IMG/VR virus record: IMGVR_UViG_3300047585_000208
Span: 1 to 64,000 of that record
Strand: one strand, 5' to 3'
DNA from: a virus
DNA length: 64,000 nt
The notes beneath the pieces are model-generated. The model had not been told where the DNA came from. It searched no databases and saw only the letters and a list, made by a program, of their open reading frames with translations. A program made the translations under genes and the position numbers. Below, piece after piece: positions 46,848 through 56,035 of this stretch (within the stretch, counting starts at the first letter, position 1; the number at the start of each line of letters is the position of its first letter).

Positions 46848-47741
46848 ATGCGAAAAGCGTTTACGCTCATCGAGATGCTGGTCGTCATTGCGATCATCGC
46901 CATCCTGATGGGGCTATTACTCCCGGCTATCCAGTACGCCAGAACAGCTGCGGCGTATACTCAAACGTCGAACAATCTCAAGAACATCGGATTATCTGGG
47001 ATCAACTTCCACGGAATGTACAAATTCCTTCCGTACAACGGTACGTCAACAAGCGCGACTTGGACGCTCTGGACACCCCAAGCGCCGAACAACTGGGCTA
47101 ATAGCCTAGATGTTGAATCTGGTTCTTGGTGTTTCGCGCTATTACCGTTTATGGATCAAAGGCAACTTTGGCAGCAGGTTGTACCGCCACCTAATGTGCC
47201 CACGCCAACGAGCGCTACACTGACTTACTGGCAGCCGCCTAACACAATCGCGTCAACTGTTTTGGCGGTGTTTAATGACCCAGAACGCAACCGAACAGGA
47301 ACGTATGTTTACGGCTCTAACATCCTCGCTTCGACGGATTATGCCATAAACACCTGGGTCAATTCTCCTACTGGCACGCTCAACGATCCTGACGCGCGAT
47401 TGACGCTGCTTGGCATCCGGGATGGTACCAGCAATACAATCTTCGCTGGAATAGCGGGGATGGCGTCGGCTGATTACCGTAACGCGTTTCCAAGCCAGTG
47501 GAATCAGACTTGGTGGCTTGGCGGACTCGGCGGCTCTGGTCGAAATTCAACCGTTCTCCAACCGGACGGCGCTACAACGGCATCGGCAGCTGGTCAGTGG
47601 GGCGGCCCATATCCTGGAGCTTGCCCATTCGTCTTCTGCGACGGCTCAGTCAGATCGATTGGATATGGGCTAATTACAGGCACACAGCTTCAGGCGCTCA
47701 TGACACCCAATGGAAACGATCAGGCGCCTTCAATACCGTAA
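46848..47741 (+). CDS. DUF1559-family prepilin-type N-terminal cleavage/methylation protein
   Basis: [30 protein letters not shown]...NNLK.IGL; SW...LLPFMDQ; IRDGTSNT; F.DGSVR. Confidence 0.92.
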   Translation: MRKAFTLIEMLVVIAIIAILMGLLLPAIQYARTAAAYTQTSNNLKNIGLSGINFHGMYKFLPYNGTSTSATWTLWTPQAPNNWANSLDVESGSWCFALLPFMDQRQLWQQVVPPPNVPTPTSATLTYWQPPNTIASTVLAVFNDPERNRTGTYVYGSNILASTDYAINTWVNSPTGTLNDPDARLTLLGIRDGTSNTIFAGIAGMASADYRNAFPSQWNQTWWLGGLGGSGRNSTVLQPDGATTASAAGQWGGPYPGACPFVFCDGSVRSIGYGLITGTQLQALMTPNGNDQAPSIP

Positions 47742-47786
47742 TGCGTAGCTTTGCTGAGTAACGCATTACTCAGAAAGGAAAAAGAC

Positions 47787-47906
47787 ATGAAAATTACCGA
47801 CGCAGTCGCGTTCGCTGTATGGGGCGCCGCTTCTGTGCTGGGGTTCGTTTTTGGAATTCTTCCATACGCGCCTCGATTATGCGAGGTACTGTTTCGCCAT
47901 AACTAG
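47787..47906 (+). CDS. small membrane peptide (39 aa)
   Basis: Palindrome plus AAAGGA RBS; hydrophobic. Confidence 0.5.
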   Translation: MKITDAVAFAVWGAASVLGFVFGILPYAPRLCEVLFRHN

Positions 47907-47923
47907 CTAGACACGGAGGATCA

Positions 47924-48070
47924 GTGCGTATTTCTACCCCCATCGCCCTTGGTAGCTACTCGGCTGGTTTTTTGACCATCATGACCTGGCTCGTCATACC
48001 CCAGTATGGCGAGCAGTTCATGGTGATACGGTTCTGGCTCAAGGCGTTGTTTGGAAGTAGTTTCATCTAA
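47924..48070 (+). CDS. small membrane peptide (48 aa)
   Basis: GGAGG RBS with GTG start. Confidence 0.5.
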   Translation: MRISTPIALGSYSAGFLTIMTWLVIPQYGEQFMVIRFWLKALFGSSFI

Positions 48071-48142
48071 CAATCTTAGGGTTATCCTAAGCGCCCGCTT
48101 ATTTTGCGGAGCGCTTTTAATTTAGTTATTAAAAGGAGAAGC

Positions 48143-48511
48143 ATGGGACTTGATGTTTATTTAGAAACCGGAGAAGAGCTCAAAGAGACGTGTCCACACT
48201 GTGGCGGGCATGGTGTCATCAACCTAGGTAAAGAACAACTTTACAGAGACTCGATTACACACAACCACTGGAAAATGGTAGATAATGCCAGTCTCTATCG
48301 CGCGATTTGGCGACCAGAAGAATTGCAAATTACAAAAGCTGCACAGTTAATACCAATTCTGGAACAAGGCCTTAAGCACATTGAAGAGCATCAGGATGAA
48401 CTCTGTAAGCTAGGAACTGCAAATGACCATACAGAGGTTTGGTCGTTTGTTCGAGCTTACTTGAAAGCTTGTCGCGAACACCCGGACGCTGACATCCGCG
48501 TATCCAGGTAG
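48143..48511 (+). CDS. conserved phage hypothetical protein (MGLDVYL...ITHN...)
   Basis: AAGGAG RBS before ATG 48143; CPHC. Confidence 0.75.
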   Translation: MGLDVYLETGEELKETCPHCGGHGVINLGKEQLYRDSITHNHWKMVDNASLYRAIWRPEELQITKAAQLIPILEQGLKHIEEHQDELCKLGTANDHTEVWSFVRAYLKACREHPDADIRVSR

Positions 48512-48559
48512 AATGTACCGCTGTGGCTAAACCATTTTGTTTTCACAGCGGAGTTTGAA

Positions 48560-48865
48560 ATGTCTGTCAAAGTTGTTAAGGACAAGTGCGAGCAAAGCCC
48601 CACCGAGATGCGTATCGTCGTTGAATCGACCAACCGTGAGGAGGCGATTAGCCTTCAAACTCGTAACGACGTAATCAAGTACGCGCAGCAGTGTGGTTTC
48701 CCGGCCAGGGGACTTGCTGGAGTGCCTACGCCGTATCCGGTTGATGCTGCCGGTAAAACGGACGAGGATGGCGATGTTGAGCAGGCGGAACTAGCTTTGG
48801 GTAAGCGAGCGATCGCTGGCTACCGCGCGGACTTTAAACTTCACGCCGGAATAGGAGCGCGATAA
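48560..48865 (+). CDS. hypothetical protein
   Basis: GGAG RBS. Confidence 0.7.
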   Translation: MSVKVVKDKCEQSPTEMRIVVESTNREEAISLQTRNDVIKYAQQCGFPARGLAGVPTPYPVDAAGKTDEDGDVEQAELALGKRAIAGYRADFKLHAGIGAR

Positions 48866-48927
48866 TTATCGAATACCGAATAGACCAGTTAGGGGCCGCA
48901 GTTAATCACCGCATTGACTCAAGCAAA

Positions 48928-49368
48928 GTGCGGCGTATTTTACGGTACCATTTCAAGGGACTGGCTAAGCTTGCAACTTGCTCACCCGGGCAAGCGCTAA
49001 TTGTGTGGTTGTACAGCTGGCCCGATATTAACGAAGTGTGGTTAGACACAATAGTAGAAGCTTTCGAAGAAGAGCTTCTACTGTTTGCCCAACAGTTAGA
49101 TAGGGAGCTTACGTCCAGTGAACAATCTTCTGATTGGCACGGACAAGCTTGTTTGTCTAATTTACCGGACTATTGGCTAACAATCTGGGATAACCGAACG
49201 GCGGCAATAAGCCGCAGAGAAAACGCTATAGACCTTACAACCGGTGAAGACCTGCCAAAGGACTATAATCCTAAACCGCTTTATAGCGTTGCGATTTGCC
49301 TGACCAAGTTGTTCTTGATCGGACGAGCAGGACTTTTCCGCGAACAAACCAAACAAAAACTTGAGTAA
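48928..49368 (+). CDS. hypothetical protein
   Basis: ORF whose stop lies in the palindrome. Confidence 0.55.
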   Translation: MRRILRYHFKGLAKLATCSPGQALIVWLYSWPDINEVWLDTIVEAFEEELLLFAQQLDRELTSSEQSSDWHGQACLSNLPDYWLTIWDNRTAAISRRENAIDLTTGEDLPKDYNPKPLYSVAICLTKLFLIGRAGLFREQTKQKLE

Positions 49369-49443
49369 CGCATTACTCAAATTTCGGCGTAGATTACAAA
49401 TACGCCGCCATCGCTAATTGCCCGATCCAGCCGTGGAACGATA

Positions 49444-50571
49444 ATGCTAGAGGTTCAAAAGTATCTAAAGTCAGGGAAAACGCTTCAAGATCTTTCAGCT
49501 GAACTTGGGATAATCGCATCAGCCCACGACACTCTTCCGCTCGTCATTCTCAATTACGGCCAAATTGATAGCCCCAAAACTAATCCAATCGCGAGAGAGT
49601 GCCGTGGGCTTGTTCTGAATAGCCAGACCTTTGATCTTGTTGCCCGGTCTTTTCCGCGATTCTTCAATTGGGGCGAAGTAGCTGACGAAATGCCCCTTTT
49701 CAATTTCAACACCTTTAATGCCTTTGAAAAAGTCGACGGAAGCTTGGTCATCTTATATAACTTCGAAGGTAAGTGGATGGCTAACACCCGCGGCAGCTTT
49801 GGCACAGGTGCAATTGATCGATTTAGCAACCGAACTTGGCATGATGGGTTTTGTGCAGCGATGGGTGTTGACAATTTAGAAGTTTTAGCTAAAGTTGGAC
49901 TTGATCCAAAGCTTACTTATGTCTGTGAATTCTGCTCTCCATGGAATAAGATTGTTCGGCGTTACCCCGAACCTTTGATGTACTTGTTATCTAGATTTGA
50001 GGGTGAAACTGAAATCCAGTGGAACGAGAACGCTTACCGAGATATCTGTACTACAGGTTTATTTGAAAAGGTTAAGCACTGGCATTTTAGTAACGTTGAT
50101 CAAATTCTTGTCTTTCTAGAAAAGAACAGCACAGACGACCCAACTTTCGAAGGTGTCGTAATTCGCGATGACAACAACCGGCGTTGGAAGATCAAAAGCA
50201 AAACGTACCTAGGTCTCCACGCAATTAAAGGTGCTGAAGGCAATCTGTTTAACCCTAAACATCTATTGCCTTTCGTCTTGTCTGGTAACGGCGCTGAGCT
50301 CTTGACCTACTTTGAAGAAGCCACTGACGCGTTTAATGAGTTAAAGAAAAGCGTTGACCGAGAGTTTGAACAATTAACCCAGGTCTGGCACGATTACAAA
50401 GATGTCGCGGACCAAAAAACCTTCGCACTTGCGATCAATGGGAAAACGCGCTTTACATCGATCTTATTTACGATTAAGAAAAAATTCGGTAACGCCCAAA
50501 CACTTGAACACCTTCAACATGCCTGGCGAAACTCAGAAGCGCAGATTTTAAACAACCTCAAACTTGAGTAA
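49444..50571 (+). CDS. RNA ligase 1 (T4 Rnl1-like)
   Basis: ECRGL, F.RFFN, motif I EKVDGSL, FEGVV and KIKS. Confidence 0.9.
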   Translation: MLEVQKYLKSGKTLQDLSAELGIIASAHDTLPLVILNYGQIDSPKTNPIARECRGLVLNSQTFDLVARSFPRFFNWGEVADEMPLFNFNTFNAFEKVDGSLVILYNFEGKWMANTRGSFGTGAIDRFSNRTWHDGFCAAMGVDNLEVLAKVGLDPKLTYVCEFCSPWNKIVRRYPEPLMYLLSRFEGETEIQWNENAYRDICTTGLFEKVKHWHFSNVDQILVFLEKNSTDDPTFEGVVIRDDNNRRWKIKSKTYLGLHAIKGAEGNLFNPKHLLPFVLSGNGAELLTYFEEATDAFNELKKSVDREFEQLTQVWHDYKDVADQKTFALAINGKTRFTSILFTIKKKFGNAQTLEHLQHAWRNSEAQILNNLKLE

Positions 50572-50649
50572 CGCATTACTCAACTCCGAGTCAGGAGGCA
50601 TACTGGCTACTCGGCAAAGGCCGCATCGTTTCTATAACACGGTGAGCCA

Positions 50650-51060
50650 ATGATGTACATGTCGAGCATCAAGATGCAAACAACTGTCAAGAAGTCGGTA
50701 CTTCTTGAAACACTCAAGAAGAACTTAGCCGTTCATGAGACGATCGTTAAAGAAGCGTTTGCTGGCTACGCTAAAGCAGCCAAGCATCTTCTGGCGGACA
50801 AACTGGCTAAGTTTGAAAAGGGTGAATACCCGTCTTTAGCTTGTCGGCTGGAAAGACCAGATGATTGCAGCGAGGTCTACAAGACCTCCATCCACATGCT
50901 GGAATTAAACAACGACGACCTTATCGTTCTGTCTCCGGATGAATTCCGACAACTTGTAGAAGACAAATGGGACTGGACTAACTCTTTCTTTGCCAAAAAC
51001 AGCACTTACTCTTTGACTGCCTCACGAATGAGCAATAATAGCGATGAAGACTCTTGGTGA
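50650..51060 (+). CDS. hypothetical protein
   Basis: ORF of plausible composition. Confidence 0.7.
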   Translation: MMYMSSIKMQTTVKKSVLLETLKKNLAVHETIVKEAFAGYAKAAKHLLADKLAKFEKGEYPSLACRLERPDDCSEVYKTSIHMLELNNDDLIVLSPDEFRQLVEDKWDWTNSFFAKNSTYSLTASRMSNNSDEDSW

Positions 51061-51094
51061 CTATTCGTGAAAAGATCGCGGGAAAGGTTCTTCA

Positions 51095-51799
51095 ATGCCA
51101 GTCCAAGCCCATCAGCTTCAGCGCCATTTTCTCGACCCTGAATCATACACTTTCACTTTGATAGCGTGTTTCCTCGAAATCTACGGTACTGAAGCGGTAT
51201 CGTGGAGCCCTTTGACTATTGATATGGAGCTAACTCAAGACGTTGGAGATGTTCCCAGAGAGAACTTTGACAAGCTTCAGACAGCGATCTTTCTTCTTAC
51301 TTCGAACTCCTTTTTTGTCAGTGTGGCGGATTTTGCTAGAACCTGCTGTGTTCTGGCAGGACATTCTTTTAACCCCAACTCAATTATTCTTCCTGACTGC
51401 GTTGACTTAGCTTGGGGTATTACTGAGGGGATGCTTATCTGCCCACCTGAGGAAGAAGATAAAGAGCCATTCTCGGCCGAGATCCTCGGCTTTATTGGAG
51501 CGTGCCTTTCGCAAGAGGGCATTCTAAACGCTCCAGACGTGCTACGAATTGGAACCCGCGATAAAGACTTGGCTAATCAAGCACGCCTCAACTTTTCTGA
51601 TGACCCCGAGATGTTTGGCGCTGTAATGGGCGTTGACAAACTCAAGGGGGAAGATATTACCAAGACAGTTGAGGCCAAACTCCAGCAGCTACTGCGCCAG
51701 CTCGTTGACCTTCCCGTTGCAGAAGGCCGAGCCAGTCAATTAGCAAAAGCGCTGCTAGAGCGATTAAGCCAGTCTGGAAAGCTTCCAATTCCCATGTAG
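51095..51799 (+). CDS. hypothetical protein
   Basis: ORF of 234 aa with AAAGG RBS. Confidence 0.7.
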   Translation: MPVQAHQLQRHFLDPESYTFTLIACFLEIYGTEAVSWSPLTIDMELTQDVGDVPRENFDKLQTAIFLLTSNSFFVSVADFARTCCVLAGHSFNPNSIILPDCVDLAWGITEGMLICPPEEEDKEPFSAEILGFIGACLSQEGILNAPDVLRIGTRDKDLANQARLNFSDDPEMFGAVMGVDKLKGEDITKTVEAKLQQLLRQLVDLPVAEGRASQLAKALLERLSQSGKLPIPM

Positions 51800-51863
51800 C
51801 TTCGGCAGAGGCGTATCTGCCGCATACCTAGGTGTTCGTCCTATTCAGTTCTCAAGGAGAAAT

Positions 51864-52454
51864 GTGATGAGGGTACGGATTGTACTTTGCATGATTGCCT
51901 TGTTTGTTTGCGCGGCTTGCGTGTTCGGAAACCAGAATACGTCTACGACCAGGGTCAGCAATCAAGCGCAGCCTGGCAATTTGAAGTATTTGATCAGCGT
52001 TAACGGCAAGATCACGAATGAAGGCGATACTGGCACGCACGAATTCAAGATGACCGCCGGTAAGACCTACGTACTGTACGCGGCTAGCAAGACGATCGAT
52101 ACGATGCTCAGCTTGCAGACACTCGGCGGCGAAGAGCTGGCTGAAAACGATGACGAAGTTACTCCGCCAAACCAAGATGTATCTTTGAATTCCAAAATCG
52201 TTTACAAGTGCACAACAACGGGCACGTACAAAGCAGTTATTAAAGCTTACGACTGGAAAAATGCCGCAGAAGCGCCTCGCGAAGCGACTGGTCCGTACAC
52301 GTTTACGGTTCGTGAAGCAACTGATGATGAGGCCGCCTTGAAAAGGATGCCAGTAGCGCCTGGGGTTGGTCGGGTCGGCCAACGCGGAGGTGAGCTTATC
52401 CCCCTCCCCAGGGTTGGGCAATTTCCAGATTCTAGTGTGATTGGTGGGACGTAA
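51864..52454 (+). CDS. secreted PPC-like (pre-peptidase C-terminal) domain protein
   Basis: Signal peptide; F...AGKTY......DT.L.L....G.ELAENDD......NS.I......G.Y.......G.Y...V. Confidence 0.7.
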   Translation: MMRVRIVLCMIALFVCAACVFGNQNTSTTRVSNQAQPGNLKYLISVNGKITNEGDTGTHEFKMTAGKTYVLYAASKTIDTMLSLQTLGGEELAENDDEVTPPNQDVSLNSKIVYKCTTTGTYKAVIKAYDWKNAAEAPREATGPYTFTVREATDDEAALKRMPVAPGVGRVGQRGGELIPLPRVGQFPDSSVIGGT

Positions 52455-52478
52455 CTTCCGAAAGGCTTCCCAGGTGGC

Positions 52479-52595
52479 ATGTTCGAAATCAAGGTCAGTG
52501 ACATTCAACCTCTTCTGCAATACTTGACCGACGACCAGATCAACATGCTCACAACCATCCTCCAAGCCGAAAAGACCGCTCGCAGCAAGAAGTAA
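52479..52595 (+). CDS. small hypothetical protein (38 aa)
   Basis: AGGTGG RBS; fills the gap before a hairpin. Confidence 0.45.
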   Translation: MFEIKVSDIQPLLQYLTDDQINMLTTILQAEKTARSKK

Positions 52596-52706
52596 GCTTT
52601 GACTAGCGGCTTCGGCAGAGGTTTATCTGCCGCTAAGCAAGAAGGGCATGGTTCTCGGCCTGCTTAAACAGGCTACCCCGTAAAACAGAAAATCTGAAAG
52701 ATACAG

Positions 52707-53123
52707 ATGAGCAAACCAACGCGATATGATCCGCGTTCTTTTTGGTTCGTAATTGCCCGAAAGCCCAACAAGGATGTTGGGCTTTACTCTTTTCAATCTC
52801 GTGAAGATGCACGAGAGTTTGTTGATGAAAGTCCAAATCGCCCCTTTGGTCCTGTAGCGGTGGCTAAATCACCGCTTGAGCAGATCGCTCCGATGATGTA
52901 TCAGGCACTGCAACATCTTGTTCTAACAACTGGAACTCCGGCTGAAGGACTTGCTAAAGCGTTTGCCGAAGCGGTTTTAGCGGTTGCGTGCAAAGAACCT
53001 CGGCTGCCAGCTGCTTGCAGAATTACCAAGAACTGGCTGATGTACGACCGGGTCCAACCTGAGTGGGACCCTGACACGACGCTAGTAGGCCAGCTAAGAA
53101 CTGGGCTAGCTGCTGTTGGTTAA
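52707..53123 (+). CDS. hypothetical protein
   Basis: ORF followed by a terminator. Confidence 0.65.
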   Translation: MSKPTRYDPRSFWFVIARKPNKDVGLYSFQSREDAREFVDESPNRPFGPVAVAKSPLEQIAPMMYQALQHLVLTTGTPAEGLAKAFAEAVLAVACKEPRLPAACRITKNWLMYDRVQPEWDPDTTLVGQLRTGLAAVG

Positions 53124-53130
53124 AGGGAAC

Positions 53131-53174
53131 GCCCAGCAAGCTTTTCTAGTTGAAGAGCTTGCTGGGCTTATTTT
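53131..53174 (+). terminator. intrinsic terminator
   Basis: 16-bp stem GCCCAGCAAGCTTTTC/GAAGAGCTTGCTGGGC followed by TTATTTT. Confidence 0.8.
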
Positions 53175-53269
53175 AAGGAGACCGTTTTGATCATTGACAT
53201 TGTCTAAAAGAAACCATTCGTGTTTGTCAGTTCAACGGTAAGTAATGCATTACTCAAAGGAGGAGTTTC

Positions 53270-53557
53270 ATGCTTGTGTTAATTAAGGTCACTCACAAAC
53301 TGCTCAATAGTGGTATCCGAAGTAGTTGTACCGAGTGCGCAATTTCTTTGGCGATTAAGCGTCTGGTGAAAAGGCCAGAGCTTGTTTCTGTTGGGATTTC
53401 AAAAATTAATCTTGGGCTCAGCGAAGCAATTGAATTACCGCTTAACGCTTATGTGTGGCGGCAACTCTACGATAAGGGGCTTCGTGTTGGCCCCACGTCG
53501 TTTGAGCTATTTATCCCGGATAACTTACTCAAACCAGAAGTGCTTAAAGCAAATTGA
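53270..53557 (+). CDS. small paralog-family protein, copy 3
   Basis: Palindrome plus AGGAGG; shared family motifs. Confidence 0.8.
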   Translation: MLVLIKVTHKLLNSGIRSSCTECAISLAIKRLVKRPELVSVGISKINLGLSEAIELPLNAYVWRQLYDKGLRVGPTSFELFIPDNLLKPEVLKAN

Positions 53558-53586
53558 GTAATGCGTTACTCAGAAAGGACGATTAA

Positions 53587-53874
53587 ATGAGAATTGTTAT
53601 CACGCATAAACACATCCGCAACGGGGTCAAAGCTGACCCAGCTAATCATCCGCTCAAAAAGGCCGTTGATGACATACTTCGACTCGGTGTCTACGTCAGA
53701 GTCAAACAAGCTTCATTGTTCCTTTACAAAGAAGAACCAACTGAAAAAACACAACCATGGCGGGTTATACCGCTGGCAAGGTCTATTGTCAACTGGGTCA
53801 AAAACTTCGATCTTGGATTCAATCACAGCCCCAGAACGGTCTGGATAAGTTTACCAAAAGAAGTTTTAAAATAA
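53587..53874 (+). CDS. small paralog-family protein, copy 4
   Basis: ITHKHIRNG...HPL..A...W..NFD.G. Confidence 0.8.
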   Translation: MRIVITHKHIRNGVKADPANHPLKKAVDDILRLGVYVRVKQASLFLYKEEPTEKTQPWRVIPLARSIVNWVKNFDLGFNHSPRTVWISLPKEVLK

Positions 53875-53908
53875 ACTGGGCAGCGCATTACTCAAAAGGA
53901 AGGCCTTA

Positions 53909-54202
53909 ATGCAATTTACCATCACACAAGAACACATCGATCACGGGGTCAAAAATAACAGCTTAGCCAACCCAATTGCGTTGGCTATTAATGAAAGCCT
54001 GCGCGATGAGTTTTTCATAAGGATGGGCTGCAGTGTGTTAGGCGTTTTTTCTAAAAATGCGACCGTCAACTTGGCATTGGTATGGGTAGAGCTACCAACT
54101 GACATTAAAGACTGGTACGCAAAATATGGCTTAGGGCTAAAGTGCGGTCCAACGACCTTCGATTTGCGCATTTCAGCTGAGTTTCTAAAGCCAATTAAGT
54201 AA
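53909..54202 (+). CDS. small paralog-family protein, copy 5
   Basis: ITQEHIDHG...NPIALA...LP....W...GPTTF. Confidence 0.8.
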   Translation: MQFTITQEHIDHGVKNNSLANPIALAINESLRDEFFIRMGCSVLGVFSKNATVNLALVWVELPTDIKDWYAKYGLGLKCGPTTFDLRISAEFLKPIK

Positions 54203-54227
54203 GGCATTACTCAAAAGGAGGGCCTTA

Positions 54228-54521
54228 ATGAAGATTACTATCGCTATCACTGAAGAACACATTAAACACGGAATAAGAAAAAGTGCAGCTGACTGTCCAG
54301 TTAAACTTGCGATCGATGAGGTAGTGCGGTCGAACGTGCTTGTGCGTGCTGGGTATTACCTAACAATGCGAGAGCTGGGCAGTGTTGACAGTACCAGAGT
54401 TTTTGTGGCTCGGCTAGTTGAACTACGTTGCTGGATGGGCCGTTTTGATTGCGGCCTCCCCGTTAAACCAATCACATTTGAAATAGATATACCAAACTGG
54501 TTTTTAAAGCCAATTAAGTAA
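54228..54521 (+). CDS. small paralog-family protein, copy 6
   Basis: ITEEHIKHG...CPVKLA. Confidence 0.8.
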   Translation: MKITIAITEEHIKHGIRKSAADCPVKLAIDEVVRSNVLVRAGYYLTMRELGSVDSTRVFVARLVELRCWMGRFDCGLPVKPITFEIDIPNWFLKPIK

Positions 54522-54546
54522 GGCATTACTCAAAAGGAGAGTCTTA

Positions 54547-54897
54547 ATGAAGATTACTATCACTGTCACTGAAGAACACATTAGACACGGAATAAAAAGA
54601 AGTACAGCTAACTGTCCAGTTAAACTTGCGATCGATGAGGTAGTGCGATCGAACGTGCTTGTACGTGTTGGGAATTGCCTAATAATACAAGAGCTGGGCA
54701 GTGTCGTCAAGGCCGGATTTTATTTGAGTCCGCTAGTTGAACCACGTCTCTGGATAGCCCGTTTTGATAACGACCTCCCCGTTAAACCAATCACATTTGA
54801 AATAAATATACCAAGCCGGTTTTTAAAGTTTAGCGCCGACGATGCGCTAACTGCTGCCGGTACTCTCCCGCAAGTTCTCCGAGATACTGTTCGCTGA
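54547..54897 (+). CDS. small paralog-family protein, copy 7 (recent duplicate of copy 6)
   Basis: High nucleotide identity to 54228..54521. Confidence 0.8.
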   Translation: MKITITVTEEHIRHGIKRSTANCPVKLAIDEVVRSNVLVRVGNCLIIQELGSVVKAGFYLSPLVEPRLWIARFDNDLPVKPITFEINIPSRFLKFSADDALTAAGTLPQVLRDTVR

Positions 54898-56035
54898 GCC
54901 TAGTTTGTTCCTGAGAGGCTTCTTTGGCGATGGGCTGAACTCCGAGGCTGCTTAAGAGTCGATCAAGCTGTATAGCGTCTGGAACGGGCAGCGTTGGCAA
55001 AAGCGCCGCTGCCTTTTCGCTATCAACATGAAGTCCGTCGCTAGTAACACGATCCGCAAAGCCATCCCCAAAATAATCGCGAATCTCCGCCAGCTTGACT
55101 CTTTCGAGATCCGCAAGCTTATAAATGCTACCAGTGAGAAGGCCACAATGTTCTTTGGCAACTTCAGCCATCTTCTCACCGGTTAACCCGAAAACAACGT
55201 CTTCGACCGGGCGAATCGCACTATCGTACTGTTTGATTTTCATCGTACGGTCAAACTGATCAATCACACCAGCAACCTTCACTCGCATTCCGGGCTCTCG
55301 CAACTTTGCCCGGTTGCTTTCAAGCATAGTTGCGAATTTGAGCATTTCGCTCTGCAGCTCGCTAAGTTGGTTGCCTTGGCGAGTTGCTTTTACTCTGTTT
55401 TTGATAGCCGTTACGACTTCGCTGCAAGGAGAAGCCCCATGTCCAGCTTGCTTTGTGATGTACTCATTAAGCGCACCAAGCGTAACCCCGTATTCAGCTT
55501 GCTTCTGGAGGATCTTATCTGCAATTTGCTGCCTAATCTCAAACGGCAATTCAACGCGGTGTTTGACAAGATAGTCAGCAGCGGCCTTTACCTCGTTTAC
55601 GTTCACCATCCGGTAGTGCCTGCGCTTACTGCCGTTTTCTTCCCATACAAGTGCAAAGTCGTCGTCACTAAGAGTTGAATCGTCCGGAATAACCGTTTTC
55701 GCCAATTTTATAGATTCGACTTTCTTTTTTAATTCGTCAACGGCATTGCCGATTCCGTGGATATGCGCACAACGAGTAATGCGTTTCTCAATAAACTCAG
55801 CGTCTGTCGGTTTAAAGAGCGCCTTCTTCTCTAGAAAGAAAGCCGCGCTTGTCCAGGTCGCAGCAGCGGTGTCACAAGGGAAGAGCCTGTGCTTTGGATC
55901 ACCGTAGGCCTCTGTAGGAAGCGTAGAATTACCACACAGTTCCTCGTGGCTGGCCTGTTTCACATAATCAGGCGTATTATAAGTAGCCGCGATCTTGTGG
56001 AATTCCCGTTGACCTTTGTCGGAGCGCTGATCCAT
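54830..56035 (-). CDS. hypothetical protein, possibly head-associated
   Basis: 401-aa ORF; two related segments (LPTEAYG...RLFP, LSDDDFA...RHY); recurrent K-x-A motifs. Confidence 0.7.
   Translation of the reverse strand: MDQRSDKGQREFHKIAATYNTPDYVKQASHEELCGNSTLPTEAYGDPKHRLFPCDTAAATWTSAAFFLEKKALFKPTDAEFIEKRITRCAHIHGIGNAVDELKKKVESIKLAKTVIPDDSTLSDDDFALVWEENGSKRRHYRMVNVNEVKAAADYLVKHRVELPFEIRQQIADKILQKQAEYGVTLGALNEYITKQAGHGASPCSEVVTAIKNRVKATRQGNQLSELQSEMLKFATMLESNRAKLREPGMRVKVAGVIDQFDRTMKIKQYDSAIRPVEDVVFGLTGEKMAEVAKEHCGLLTGSIYKLADLERVKLAEIRDYFGDGFADRVTSDGLHVDSEKAAALLPTLPVPDAIQLDRLLSSLGVQPIAKEASQEQTRLSEQYLGELAGEYRQQLAHRRR

Noticed and set aside
54228-54830. Diversity-generating retroelement TR/VR pair
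   Set aside because: Differences are not confined to adenines, both copies are full genes with RBSs, and no reverse transcriptase is visible.
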